Assembly: GCF_009914755.1 (NCBI RefSeq)
Contig: NC_060933.1
Source of the DNA: the human T2T-CHM13v2.0 reference genome, Homo sapiens
Length of the DNA stretch: 64,000 nt
Reading direction: 5' to 3' (one strand)
Under the pieces are notes generated by a model. It was given only the letters and a program-made list of their open reading frames with translations. It did not search any database and was not told the DNA's origin. The position numbers and the translations under genes are program-made. This document shows, one piece after another, positions 39,393 through 57,051 of the stretch. Within the stretch, counting starts at the first letter, position 1, and each line of letters opens with the position of its first letter.

Positions 39393-39556
39393 CAGTGGTC
39401 CTCAAACTTGAACAGAATCATGAAGAAGGCTTGTTAAAACATAGATGGCTGGTCCCCACCCCCACAGTTTCTGACTCAGTGGGTCCAGGGAATTCTAACA
39501 AATTCCCAGGTAATGCTGATGCTGCTGTTCTGGGGCCTGCACTTTGAGAACCACTG
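39393..39556. mobile_element. MER5A hAT-Charlie MITE
   Basis: TIRs CAGTGGTCCTCAAAC / CTTTGAGAACCACTG; TCTAACAAATTCCCAGGTAATGCTGATGCTGCTG. Confidence 0.88.
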
Positions 39557-39879
39557 GCTTAGTTAAGATAAAGATACATGCATAGATTACATTTCTGTTT
39601 ACCCACATCTGCAACTGTATTCTGGCAGGAAGCGTAATGGACTGTAACAAAGCCAACAATTATTGGACCCCTTTCCTGTCCCCAGTCAGTGGTTTCAGGG
39701 AGCAGCTGAGCTGAGCAGAGATCATCATTGCTGGCAGTGGGAACCCAGGTGTTCTGGACCCCTGAGGTGTCCTGCTGGCTGAAATGAATTGAGGACTGAG
39801 GAAAGGGGCATGAAATATTAGAATGTTAGCACTGGAAGGGAGCTAGGAGAAAGTCTGATGATTACAGAATAGACATTGA

Positions 39880-39990
39880 GTGAGAGAGCCTTGAATTTCA
39901 ATTCCAGCTGTGACACTTACTAGCTTTGAAAACTTAGCAAGTTACTTAACCCCTATGAACCTCAATTTCCTCCTCTGTAAAACTGGGAAC
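39880..39990 (+). mobile_element. MIR fragment
   Basis: GCAAGTTACTTAACCCCTATGAACCTCAATTTCCTCCTCTGTAAAACTGGG. Confidence 0.75.
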
Positions 39991-40002
39991 CCTAAAAGGC
40001 TT

Positions 40003-40895
40003 GTGTTTCAGTCACAATTCTTAGTTGCAATCAACTGAAGTCCAGTTTGGCTGATTTAAGCAGAAAGGGAATTTATTGCAAGGATATTGAGTTCTACAGG
40101 GAAAACGAATGGTTTCACCAACAAATCAATGGTATTAAAAAAAAAAAAAAAAACAGAGGAGCTGTTGTTGAATAAAAGAGACATCAGAGACATAACAACC
40201 AAAGGTAATTGGTGGACTTCACTTGAATCGTGATTCAAGCAACCACCATGAAAAGACAATTAGAAGAACTGGAATAAGGCTGGGTTTGGGATGACATTAA
40301 GGAATTACTGTGAATTTTTTTAGGTGTAAAATTGTCATGAGGGTTACTGTTCTTGTAGAGGCTCTAATAGAGACTAGCATACTAACGTATTTACTGGTAA
40401 AATAACACAATGTCTGAGATTCACATCAAAAAACTCTAGGGAAAGAAGTCATAGGAGGAGGGACGTGGAGGAGTGTAGAAAAAAACAGGATTGGCAAAAC
40501 ATTGATTATTGTTGCACCTCAGTTATGAATACATGGTGATTTATTTTGCTGTTCTGTGTGGGTTCATGTGCCTGTGTGCTTTTGAAATTCTTCATAATAA
40601 AATACTCCCACAAAACAGGAAACAGCCTGTCTATGAGGGCTGGTGAATAAGGCTCAGATATCTCTTAGGAAAAGATTGAGATGCTGTTGCCATTGTCACC
40701 AATCCCCAGACGCTGGAGCTTGCACTGTTGGCAAGGGTGGTTGTGAGAGTGATTAACTAGCATTTTCAAATTCTATAGCAAGGTGTCTCTAACAGCAACA
40801 CTTGCAAGGTAGGAAAATTTTCAAGCTCAGAAGAGGGACTCAGGAGATGGGTGGCCAAACAAAAACAAATACAAGAACAAAACTAATGTCCACTA
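40003..40895 (-). mobile_element. Old MLT1 (L/M-like) LTR split by an L1MC 3' fragment (about 40100-40605, + strand)
   Basis: TTAGTTGCAATCAACTGAAG...TTAAGCAGAAAGGGAATTTATTG start; L1MC-type AAAAGAGACATCAGAGACATAACAACCAAA insert; ...AATGTCCACTA end. Confidence 0.55.
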
Positions 40896-41410
40896 GAGGA
40901 CATACTAGGTGCTCAACCCATGTTGGTACCCTCTCCCTCTCTTGTCCCTGAGATGCATATAGCCCAAACCTCCATCTTACGTTAGACTTTCTTTTTTTGG
41001 CATCTTAGATAGCTAGATCTCTCATCCCAATAATTTTCTAATCTCCTTTTAAAGGATCAAATTCTTCCAAAAGCCAGGAGTTTTACCTCACTGCTTCCCG
41101 ATGAGAATCGTTCCATTTTGGGCATTCCCAACAACTGGAACAACTTTATTCTGAGTGTAAAAGCTGCCATTTCCAGCCATTGTTGTAAATGTATCACCCA
41201 TAGAATATGTCAAATCCGTCTTCTACAAGGGGATTCTACAGATACTTAAAGATTTTCATAATCTTGTATTTTCCAACTCTCAATCCAGGCCCTGGCACCT
41301 CATCTATGCCTCCTTTTCATCAGATTAAATATATGTGAAACAGGTAAAAATCTTAGTTTATAACTTTAGGTACAGGAGAAGTATGACTTCTTTCTCTAAG
41401 ATTCAAATTC

Positions 41411-41849
41411 CAGTGGACCCTTGAACAACACAGGTTTGAACTGTGCAGGTCCACTTATACATAGATGTTCTCCCACCTCTGCCACCCTTGTGACAGCAAG
41501 ACCAACCCCTCCTCTTCCTCCTCCTCCTCAGCCTGCTTAATGTGATGATGATGAGGATGAAGACCTTGATGATGTTCTACTTCCACTTAATGAATAGTAA
41601 GTATATTTTCTCTTCCTTATGATTTTCTTAATAACATTTTCTTTTCTCTAGCTTACTTTATTGTTGGAACACCGTATATAATACATATAATGTATAAAAT
41701 ATGAGTTAACTGACTATGTTGTTGGTGAGGCTTCTGATTAATAGTAGGCTATTAGTAGTTAAGTTTTTGCAGGGTCAAAAGTTATACTAGGACTTTTGAC
41801 TGTGAAGGGATTGGTACCCCTAAGCTCTTTATTGTTCAAGGGTCAACTA
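41411..41849 (+). mobile_element. Tigger2a (MER28) TcMar MITE
   Basis: TIRs CAGTGGACCCTTGAACAA / TTGTTCAAGGGTCAACT; internal GATGAGGATGAAGACCTT...CTTCCACTTAATGAATAGTAA; ~440 bp. Confidence 0.9.
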
Positions 41850-43457
41850 ATTCCTATTTGAGCCCTCTTTCCACCAGCATTGTGGAAACCTTATTGTAAT
41901 CAAGCTATGGTTCCCCCATAAATTCCTCTGAGGTTGTGCTAAGTCCCAGTGCCCACAGAATGTTGAGGCATTTAGGAGCATGCGGCCTCTGCTCCTTCCA
42001 GTCATCTGTCTTGGCAGACGCCCACTAGACGTTCCTGCCTTCACTCATCCGCCCCGTGGCCACTTTTTGATGGCCTGCCCAGTCAACAAATGCTTTAAAC
42101 CCCTTCTGAGCTCTTTGTCTCCATAAAGATGTCTCTGCTTTAAAAGACACACTCCCCCTGGAGAATGAGCTCTACTAAGTAGCACGTAGGATCCCTTACC
42201 CATTTTTGGTGGCCAAGTCATGTATATGTGAAAAGTTGCTTAAGCCTCTAGTTGCTAGAGGCAGTCTCAAAATAACACAGAGGTTTCCAAAGAAACTCTT
42301 GAGGTTTGCTAGTTTCCTACTTGGTCCACTCTCCCCGTCCCTTCCCCACTGTGTTGCCTGGCTTGTATCCCAGCTGGCCCCGTCCAAGGGGATAAAAAGC
42401 CCCCCATGAGCTGGGCCATCCAGTCTCACCATCAACTGCTCCTGTTAGGAGACCAGACCATCTTGGCAGGAGCTGTATTATAGCAAGATTAGAGCAACAT
42501 CTGAATATGTTATTTTGTATCCCTCCATATTCCCACCTCCATTTGCACAGGATTCTTCCCCTATCCTGGACCAGTATCCTATCTGTGATATTCTGTGCTG
42601 CACCACTGCATCTTGGCTCTGTTCCAGACTCTTCTGTCCTTTGACTGTGCAGGCTGAAGCTTGCTTCCTGGTAGCTAGAAAGGCTGTGTCCACTGCCTCC
42701 TTCTCTACAGCCTCGGCAGCTTTTGCATCAGAGTTGTATGTTCTCATGCCTCTGTGATCCAAGTAGCTAGGGGAAAGTAAGCAGTCCCCTAAGTGTTGGG
42801 ATGGGGTCCAAGTTCCCTGAAACAGGGGCAAAATGTATGTCAGATCCTTGCTTCTACTACAGCAAAGTAGTGGGTCTTATCTTGCTATGTTCCCTAGCAC
42901 CTAGTGAAAAATATGTGCTTGAAAAGTAAATAATGGTAATGAAAATTTTCATCCAAAAGAAAACCTAGACATGAAAGCTGAAAGCTCCTTTATAGTTTTG
43001 CATGTACTTTTATTTTATTTTTATTTTTTATTTTTTTGAATGAGCAGGTTTTAAATGCAGCTCATAAGCAACGGGCTTCTAATAGCTTTGACAATCAGTC
43101 GTGGGCTGAAATCAGGGTAACTTAATAAGAATTATAAATCAGCTCTAAAAGAAATGCGACATGTCCAGTTTTTTCCATTCATGTTAAATTTCGGTGTATC
43201 TACATAACTACAGATTCTGCCAAGCTTATCTGCATGGGGACAAGAGCTGTGTCTATCTGTTCATTGATCTCCCCCAGTGCCTAGCACAGGCTTTGGCACA
43301 GCCAAGGATTGCAATAAATAGTTGTTTAATAAATGAAAGCTTATTTCTAGATAGTGTAGGTTGAACATTTAAACTTATTTTGAAAAGGAAATGTTTCCTA
43401 GGAATCTCATTTGCCTCCTTAATATGGTATGGATATTGCAAACTAATGTTATCTGTA

Positions 43458-43776
43458 CAAAGCCACGTTCCCTTCCTCACAAATCCAACATCCAAAAAGC
43501 TTTGGAGCCCTAAAGATTCCTTCTCACTTGTTTCAAAGCAAAACCTGATGTGACTTGAAGGCTACGTGTAATCTTTACTTATTCTACTCGGTTTGAGTAT
43601 TCAATATTTTGCCATCCAAATAATGGGTTTGATTATGGGGTAGACCCAACCCCTGCTAAGGGCCCTGGGCAATTTTATCCCACCTACACTAGTTATTAAC
43701 TTTCTAAAAACTAAAACAATTATAAATTGCCAAAGACACTTAGCCCCAGGATTTTAAATCATGGCACATAGACCTG
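43458..43776 (-). mobile_element. MER46C-like TcMar-Tigger relic
   Basis: AATCCAACATCCAAAAAGCT...GCAAAACCTGA...TTTGATTATGGGG...ACTTTCTAAAA...GCCCCAGG matches the recalled antisense consensus. Confidence 0.6.
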
Positions 43777-44176
43777 GAGTCATAAAAGCAAGGGCCCCAA
43801 ACATGGAGGAACTCATTCAGAAAAAGAAAGTGCCTCTTCAGAGGCATTTCATCTGCAACTTTAAAAATAAAATAAATGTATACTCAAAACTGTTGGGGAT
43901 TGAGATCCTGGAGCTATTATATCTTCATTGCTTTATCTTAGTGAATATATTTATAAAAGCTTGCATATATTTTTTCCTAATTTTAGTACCTATAACCCTA
44001 TTCTTCAGAGCTTGTCTGATTTGAGACTCAGAACGGAGGAAGATGCTCACCTTTTGGATCACTGTATGTGTCCAGATATGCAGAATAACTTCAAGATATA
44101 AGGTTTAAAAATATATTTATTAACCGGAATTTAATCTATCCAGGTTGCCATAGCAGCAACTGATGTTTCTCAACTA

Positions 44177-44490
<314 letters not shown>

Positions 44491-46758
44491 ATGTGATTAC
44501 AAAACTTTAGATCAATTCTGCTTTTATAATTTTCTCTTCCTCTATGAAAATTCTGTTTCGGTAGCTCTTTTGAAGCCTTGTAATGTTTTGCAGTGTGTTT
44601 TAACAAAGGATGGTATTCTTCATCATTTCCAACATTAGAATTTCAAATTCCATGACATTTTAGCAGGAGAGATTTTTGGACAGTTGTTCTGGAAATACTC
44701 TCAAATAGCACCATGCAAGTAGCTGTTGGATGCAGAATGGACTAAACGCAAAAGGCATATAAGCCACGTTATTTTGGCTGAGTAGGAGGGTAGGTAGGTT
44801 ATGAAAAGTACCCAAAGGCTGAATTGCACAGCAAAGAGGAGACTGCACAACCATCGTGGCATGAGAACCTCATCCCCACTTCACAGATGAGGGAACTAGA
44901 ACTGGGGCCAGCGAGGTGAAGCCATGTGCCTCAGGTTGCGTGGCTGGGTCACATCCTTGGCCAGTAGAGGACCTAGGCCCTGTAGGGAAGAATGAACAAT
45001 TTGCAAAAATCCTGTAGCCCTGAAGTCTAGCTCAAGAGACCCTGATAAGAAGGTAGTGCTGATTAGGGTGTGGAAAAGTTAGGCCCAAGCAGTAGTGAGT
45101 GATGGGAAGGAACTGTAAATTGATACAGCACCGTGGAAGACAATTGATCACTATGTGACAATGAGGATGCTCTTTGAACCCCAAACTTTTGAGAATTTAT
45201 ATTTATCAAATAACCAGGAATGTTGCTCCAAGGTATACAAGTAAGATCGTTTGTCATAGGATTGTTTAAAATACTGAAAATTTTAGAGCAACTCAAATGT
45301 TCCATAATCATAATATAATACAGTTACATAACAAATAAAAATCACATAGAAAAATGTGTAATGGCATGACAATCTTTCTACTGTATGTTATTAAATGAGG
45401 ATAAAAAGTTAAGAGAATATTAGGGACAGCATGATCAATCCTAATTTTTAAAATTATATGGCACCTGTACTTTTCCTGTGCTACCAAAAAGTCATCACAG
45501 GATTATTCAAAACTCATGGTTGCAAGTAACAGAAACTCACTAAAGATTGCTCTATCTCTCTGCTATTGTCATTGTTATATTTAACGATTCTGAAGAGATC
45601 CTAAGGCCTCTCGATGCTAGTCTACCATGCAGAACACGAGCAGGAGGTAGAATGTTCCCATTCCATTCTATCAGTGACAAATTGAAGACATTTTGTGCTG
45701 GAGGGGTCCCTTTCGTTTCTCATAACCTCCACCTAATCCATTGACCATTACTGAGCACTGGCTCTGGGCCTAGCACCACGTGCAACAAAAATGGAGGAAG
45801 GGAACCAAACCTAGAGGTTACCATCGCATTAGAAACACCTGGTCTGTAGCCACATGAGTGTGGTGGGGTTTGTGGAAGACGTCAAGGAAGCAGGAGACCC
45901 AGTTCCTGGAGTGGAGACATAAATACATAAAATGTATGAATAATCATGTGAGGGGGTCTGTGACCAAACACCGTGATGGTGAGCTATGGGCTGCGGTGCT
46001 ACAGACACAGAGGGCAGGGCTGTGAGTGCAGAGAGAGTGATGGGGAGAGGCTTCCTAGGGGAAGAGAGACAGCTAGGCTCCAAACGGTAAGTGATTTATA
46101 GAACGAGACTTCAGGGGAGGATAGAAGGCATTTCAAGCAGATGAACAAGGATGATTCAGTGCAGAACATTCTGACACAGCTGTTGATCTCAGCTTTCCCA
46201 GAACAACCATTTTTAAAATTGAAACATAATATTTTACTTGTACTAACAATTACTGTTTGCAACAGGAATCCGTAATACTTACCCAACTCCTGACCCTTGT
46301 AATTTGCATCAAGAACAATGAGATCAATATCTTTAATATAACAGAAGCTTCTACAAATAAGTAATAAAAATATAAAAGGATTGGTAGAATGAACAATTCA
46401 CAAAAAATAATCAATAGGACTGGGTCACAAAAATAAGCAAGCCTGGGTGAGATACTGAAGGTGATGTTCTGTGTTCTATACTCAACTGGTAAATCCTGAA
46501 ATTTGACCAAGTGGGGGATCACGACCTTCTGCCTTTTATTATTGTCTCCTAAGAATACAAATGCTAAAAGCAATATAGTAAGTGGCCAGAAAAATACAGT
46601 TGAGACTTTGCAACAAACTGGTAACTGTATTTGCGAATCCTAAATATCACACTAATAAAGTTTGTATTTCCTCAATCTCTGAAAAACAAAGATAAAACAC
46701 TGGTATAAGGAGAAAATTCTTTATGACTGAACATAATAAGCTTGTTTAGATGTTTCTC

Positions 46759-47126
<368 letters not shown>

Positions 47127-48037
47127 TCATTGCAGACAACTTTGACTTTTGTCATTTTTCAGATAAGACATTAATTATGCATTTCTGGTTTATTATAAGC
47201 AATTCAACTGAGTGGATGGTCAAACAAAAACAAAAGCAAACAAAATGATTTCACTCTAGGAAGCATATCTGCTTGTTCCTAATGAGGCTTATTCCCGGTG
47301 AGGCTGCCATTGCATGTTGGTACCAGGAGCAGAGTGAAGCTCTGATCTGGCCCCAGGTGGATCTCAGGCTAGTTCTGTAGACTTCTAGACAGGTTCACCA
47401 CCAGCATCCCATTCCCCTTCTGCCAGCTCACCCAGGTGAGGCCCAGACAGTGACTGAAATATCACCATGGGCTCTCATGAGCAATGACAGTGGAGGAGAG
47501 CATCCAGCCAATGCCCAACAGGTAAGTATTGTGAGTAAGACATCAACCTCCAGTGAAAATTTGGGCTGCTGGTTATGGCAACATAACTAAGCCCATTCCC
47601 AAGCATGTGAGACAGGGAAAAAGAAAATTGGAAGACTCATATACGTGCTACTCCTGCTAAGTTGTCACTGGGTAATACTCTGATTACTTGGTCTCTTAGT
47701 CCTACCCAGTGCCTGGACACTTAATCATGCCTCTCATGGTGGCCTTTGGTTGAGACAGTCCTCGTTCCTCCACTCAGTCTCTACTAAGTCCAGCTTGCTG
47801 TCCTCCAGCCCCTCCCACCTCTCTACCCTCCTCTCCTTCCCCTTCATCTCAGTCCATGATCCCTCCCCCACCTTAAGCCTGGGGGAATCTTAGAAGCTCT
47901 ACTCAAAGTCATGTGATCCCCAAATGTGTTCTCTTTGCAGGAGCCCTCTATGTCTCCCTAAGGGATCAGAATTTTGGAAGCCAATACCAGGAAAACAACA
48001 TTTTTCTCTGCTTTTTATTTTTTTAATTTCAACTTTT

Positions 48038-52102
<4,065 letters not shown>

Positions 52103-52465
52103 TATTTCAACTTTTATTTTGCAGGATTATTAAAGGAATACAGTGTGTGGTGCAGAGGTTTATGGTACAATTGATCCCGTCACCCAGGTAGTGTGCACAG
52201 AACCCAATAGGTGGTCTTTAACCCTGGCCTCCTTCCCTACCTCCCTCCCTTATAGTCCCTAGTGTCTACTGTTGCCATTTTTGTGTCCATATGCACCCAG
52301 TGTTTAGCTCCCACTTATAAGTGAGAATATGCGGTGTTTGTTTTTCTGTTTCTGCATTAATTTGCTGAAGATAATGACCTCCAGCTGCATCCATGTTGCT
52401 GTAAAGGACATGACTTCCTTCTTTTTAGGACTGCATAGTATTCCATGGTATACATCAACCATGTC
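52103..52465 (-). mobile_element. Older L1 3' end (L1PA13-16-like), target of the L1PA insertion; its tail lies at about 48011-48037
   Basis: GATCCCGTCACCCAGGTAGTG...TTTAGCTCCCACTTATAAGTGAGAATATGCGG hallmarks. Confidence 0.85.
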
Positions 52466-53552
52466 ATCTAATTTTTATATGCTTTAGCTCTGTCACATGT
52501 CTCTCCAAAAGTAATGACCACAGAGCCACAAGTGAGGTATTCAAAGAGGACAAGAAACACATTGCTTAATATTTCAGAATTATTACACTGCCATTGATTT
52601 TTAAAATGTCTTGTTTGGAATAGCACCTATGTCTCACTATTTAAAACAGCCTTAATTGGGGCATCCCTTTGTTCTTTGACATTGATTTTTGTTAATAAGT
52701 CTATCTAATGCTGACCTTCTGGGCCAAATCTGATGGAAAAAGGGAGTGATCAGGATGGGACATAAATCTACTGGTCAGAAAATGGACTAAAAATGGGAAA
52801 AGTTATATTTCTTGCATGCCCTGTAAAATTCTTTCTGGTGGCAATTTCATTTAAAAGAGAACACTTATTTAAAACACAACTTATTTTAGTTGCAAACCTC
52901 TGCTGTCAAGGAATTGGTAAATATGGAAATACAGAGGTGAAAATATCACAATATGAGAAAAAATATACATGCCCAGTGAACAACAGCTCAGAAAAACCTA
53001 AGTTTCATGTGAGCAATATCATACTTATTAATAGATGTATCATTATACATCAAGTACAGGCAATGGCACAAAATATGTGCTCGGTAAATCATTGTTGAAT
53101 GAATAAATAATAGGAAGCGAACAGTAAGAGAGCAAATTACAATAAATTTTATCTTTTCCTTCCCTTTTAATCAGTTTATTAAACATGACAATTGCCATAC
53201 ATTTCAGGTTTATTTATGCACACGTCTTTGGTCTAAATACAAGCCTGATTTGTTCAGATGTCTAAGGTCAACTCAACATAAACTTAGCTTTGCAAATGCC
53301 TACTCTCTGTCCATTTACTGTTAGCCTTGCCACCACATAAGGCCATTGGATGATTAGAGTACTGAGTTCATTTTGTGTCTTTGATTTCTGGTTAGTTCAC
53401 TGATAACAATTCTGGTAAGTTCCCTTTATGACCAAGGAGGTGCTTTGTTTGGATAAATCATATATATATAAAGGTTTTATAAAATAAATCAATTTTTGAA
53501 TCTTCCTGTGACCAAATTTAAGAACTTTTCAGGGGTAAAAGAAACATAACTC

Positions 53553-53865
<313 letters not shown>

Positions 53866-54581
53866 TCATAACTCACTTGTACCTATGAGACCATAAAACC
53901 AAGTTGCTTTAGAAAACTTTGTTTTAATTTGCTTTCTAAAGCAGTCAGCTAGGCTAAAAAAATTCATTTTGTCTTTTCTGCGATACTTTACAAGAACTGT
54001 GTGATCATCATTTTACTTTATCCACCATTTTTTGTGCCACCCCTTTGAACTCAGTTTTGTTTAAAGTCAAATATTCAGTGTTTTTTAGAAAATGTTATCA
54101 TGAATTACCAGCAGGAAGGATTCAATGCAACTATGGTTCTTTTCTTCAAGTAGTGATAGAAATTTCACGAACTTAGCAACACTGAAAATTTGGCCTTACA
54201 CTTGTAACATTTGCCACGTGATACTTTAAATAATCTTCCAAATGTCAACTGTAATATTATCTCTTCCTGCTAAGACAATGGATGGGCCTAAAATTGGCTA
54301 GGAAAAGACAACTGGGTCTATCTAGGGTTCTTGGAGGAAGATGCCAGAAAATCTTGATTAATACCATCACTCCCTCTGGAATTAATTTTTAGTTCTCCCA
54401 TCAGGTGTGTTGATGGAAAGAGGTCTTACAGTTCTAGTAATTGCCCTGGATTCCTTCGCTGTCCTTCATCAGGACCTCTAATGAAGTCTGAGCTGTAGCC
54501 TGGGGTTGATGCCAGACTGGAATGCAGGGAGGCTGAAAGCTGACACCAGTTCAACGGAGCAAAGGGCTCTGTGCTGAGGTT

Positions 54582-54595
54582 GTCTCCATGACAAC
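54582..54595. promoter_or_regulatory. RFX X-box motif GTCTCCATGACAAC
   Basis: Fits the X-box pattern GTHNYYATRRNAAC; embedded in the inverted repeat AGGTTGTC-tccat-GACAACCT. Confidence 0.45.
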
Positions 54596-55260
54596 CTGGG
54601 TATTTTCCTGGTGATGCATTTACACAGCAGGGTTAAAGTTCTGTGAAAGCAACAGCTGTTGTAAAAACAGTATATTAAATATGTTTAGGGCTGTAAAATG
54701 TGCATTCTCTGTGGCATTTTATTGGAGGAAATTCTAAACATGCAAAATGTATTTAAAACAATGATGGGATATTTCTTTTGACACATTTATTTTTGTTTTT
54801 GAAAGGAAGAGTAAGGAAATATTTAATGGTCTTTCTTTCCTAGCATTTTTTTAAAAAATTATCTTTTCATATCAAAATATCCAGCCTACAGCCCTGACCC
54901 TATTGTGTCTGCAATAAGTTACTTGACAGGTAACAGTTTGGGGAAATGAAAACAATATGTTTGCTTCTGTAACCAGAATCATTTGTCATGCTTCTTATTT
55001 GATGTTGTTCTTTTCTATTCACCATCTTTTAGTCTTTTATGCTAACTGATTATTCTGACAGGTATTTGAAAAAAGAAACAAAACATTTTTCACACAGTTC
55101 AAAAAATATGTTGATGTTTTAATAGAACAATTTTTGTTTCTTTGTTTTTTTTACAAACAAATTTATGCCAGGCATTTTGGTACACTGCACTGATTTGCAA
55201 GCGGTAACCTGAACTTAACTCAGAATTCTGTAAATCCATGCATCACCGTGGCATTCTGAA

Positions 55261-55374
55261 TAGAGTGACCAACTATCCCAGTTTGACCTGGACAGAAGAT
55301 TTTCCTGAGACATAAAAATTTTGCTACTAAAATTGAGAAAGTTCCAGGCAAACCAGGACTTCTCGGTCACTCTA
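55261..55374. mobile_element. MER81-like hAT-Blackjack MITE (114 bp)
   Basis: Perfect TIRs TAGAGTGACC / GGTCACTCTA; TSD-like GCATTC(TG)AA / GCATTCAA; inserted in an L2 tail. Confidence 0.85.
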
Positions 55375-56254
55375 GCATTCAACAAACATTGGCCAGCATC
55401 TGTCAATATGCCGGGCTCTATACTAAGGCAGTGAGATCTAAAGTCAACTGGTCATTGCTCTGTTCCCATCGCTTTTGGTAATTTTGTAGAAAAACTGCAG
55501 CAGATCGATTCTGGCTCTCTACCTGAGTGTGTACATATCTCTAATAGGAGATAATAGAAGGTGGATGTTAGTTTATGTTAGTTCCTGAAATGTTAAGAAA
55601 CCAAAGCACTCTCAGGTGAGTGTATGTTTCTGCCCCAGGCTGCCATCTTGGTTGGAATGAAGGGCCATTTTCCAGTGGCCTTCTGATTTTCTCTGCCTCC
55701 ACACCAGTAGAGGCCAGCATTGGCTTGGGAAGCCCATTCATGTCGTACTTTTCCTTGTAGCGGGAGGTGGAGAGTGCAAGATTTCATCTGTCCTGGTCAA
55801 ATCAAGACAGACCCAGTAAAATCAATCTTGTGGCATTTTACCCTTGCTTTCTTCTGTCCTGGGTATTGAGCAGAGGAAATTAAAAAAAAAAAAAATCTGT
55901 GAACTCTCCAGCCACAGAGAATACCTGCTGGGAATATTTTTCTAAATCATATGAAGAAAGATATATTGGCTGCATGGCTATACTATCTAATGTAAGTATC
56001 CCTGGGAAGTTCAAGAGCAGCTGACAACATTTTCTCTTTCCTTGAAAGCAAGGTTCATAACATTGGTCTACTTCTATTGTTTATGACTAGAGGAAAGGAA
56101 GCACCCATGCCCACCTTTTAGAAACAAATCTCCAAAGTAAAAAATAAGGTAGCCAAAGAGAGGCACACCTTGCATTGTAACCAAGCAGGGTGTCCCAATA
56201 GTGGGAGTGGAATCCCCCAGCCAACCATACAAAGCAGAAACCCCACGCCTGAGT

Positions 56255-56420
56255 ATCCATTCATTCATTCATTCACCAGATACGTATTGAGTGCTTACGG
56301 CATGTCAGGCTCTGATCTAGGTTCTGAGAAAAGAACAGTGGGGAAAAACAAACAAACAAACAAGCAAACAAGGCAGAGATTCTTGCCCTCAGTGAAGTTT
56401 ACATTCTACTGAAGGAAAGC
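56255..56420 (-). mobile_element. L2 3' end
   Basis: (CATT)n tail followed by TATTGAGTGCTTACGGCATGTCAGGCTCTG...TGCCCTCAGTGAAGTTTACATTCTA. Confidence 0.8.
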
Positions 56421-56728
56421 AAATTAAAACTCTAGAGTTTGCGTGCATGGGAACACAACACGGAGATTACTATTGTCATGGCCCTTATAGAAGAGATTAA
56501 AACTCACCTGTTTTCTTAGCTAAATAAACTTATGTTGACAAGTTGACAGACAGACTGAGCAACTATAGTGCATTGTTAAATGCTGGAATGGAGATTTTAC
56601 AGGTAAATTGGATCTGATCTGATCTTCTGATTTAATCTTGAAGCTGGTTGAGATGAACTGCTTTTTGAAAGCTAGTTCTGTAGCTAGTCTATGGCCAGAA
56701 TGACCAGATACCACCTGAGGGCCACAGA

Positions 56729-57051
56729 GAGCTAGATGATTTTGATGAACTGTAGTTCTTATGGACATATAGTCCCAATGGAGAGCATTCTTGAAACTTG
56801 ATCCTCATGGTTGTGCTAAGAATAAACTTTTCATGGTAGATATGTTTTCCTTTATTTTAAAGCTTCTGTGTCTTTCACTCGGATATCAGAAGTTGACCTA
56901 TAATATTCAATTTACCACTCAAATAATTTTTTCAAATATTTTGATAGATTTCCAAAAGATTGATCAGAAACTGGAGCCCATGAACAGTGTTAATTTACAT
57001 GAATAAACTAATGATCTTGAGGATAAATGACTACATTTAATACCAGTTCTT
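56729..57051 (+). repeat. Dispersed direct duplication A, copy 1
   Basis: Aligns end to end with 58953-59270 (about 17 substitutions and one 5-bp indel by manual count). Confidence 0.95.

Noticed and set aside
47505-47527. CAG|GTAAGT as a recursive splice site (similarly TTTTACAG|GTAAAT near 56595-56608)
   Set aside because: Weak or absent polypyrimidine tract; expected by chance without RNA evidence
56740-57050. Duplicated segment as a C/D box snoRNA pair (TGATGA present)
   Set aside because: No suitably placed CTGA D box or terminal stem
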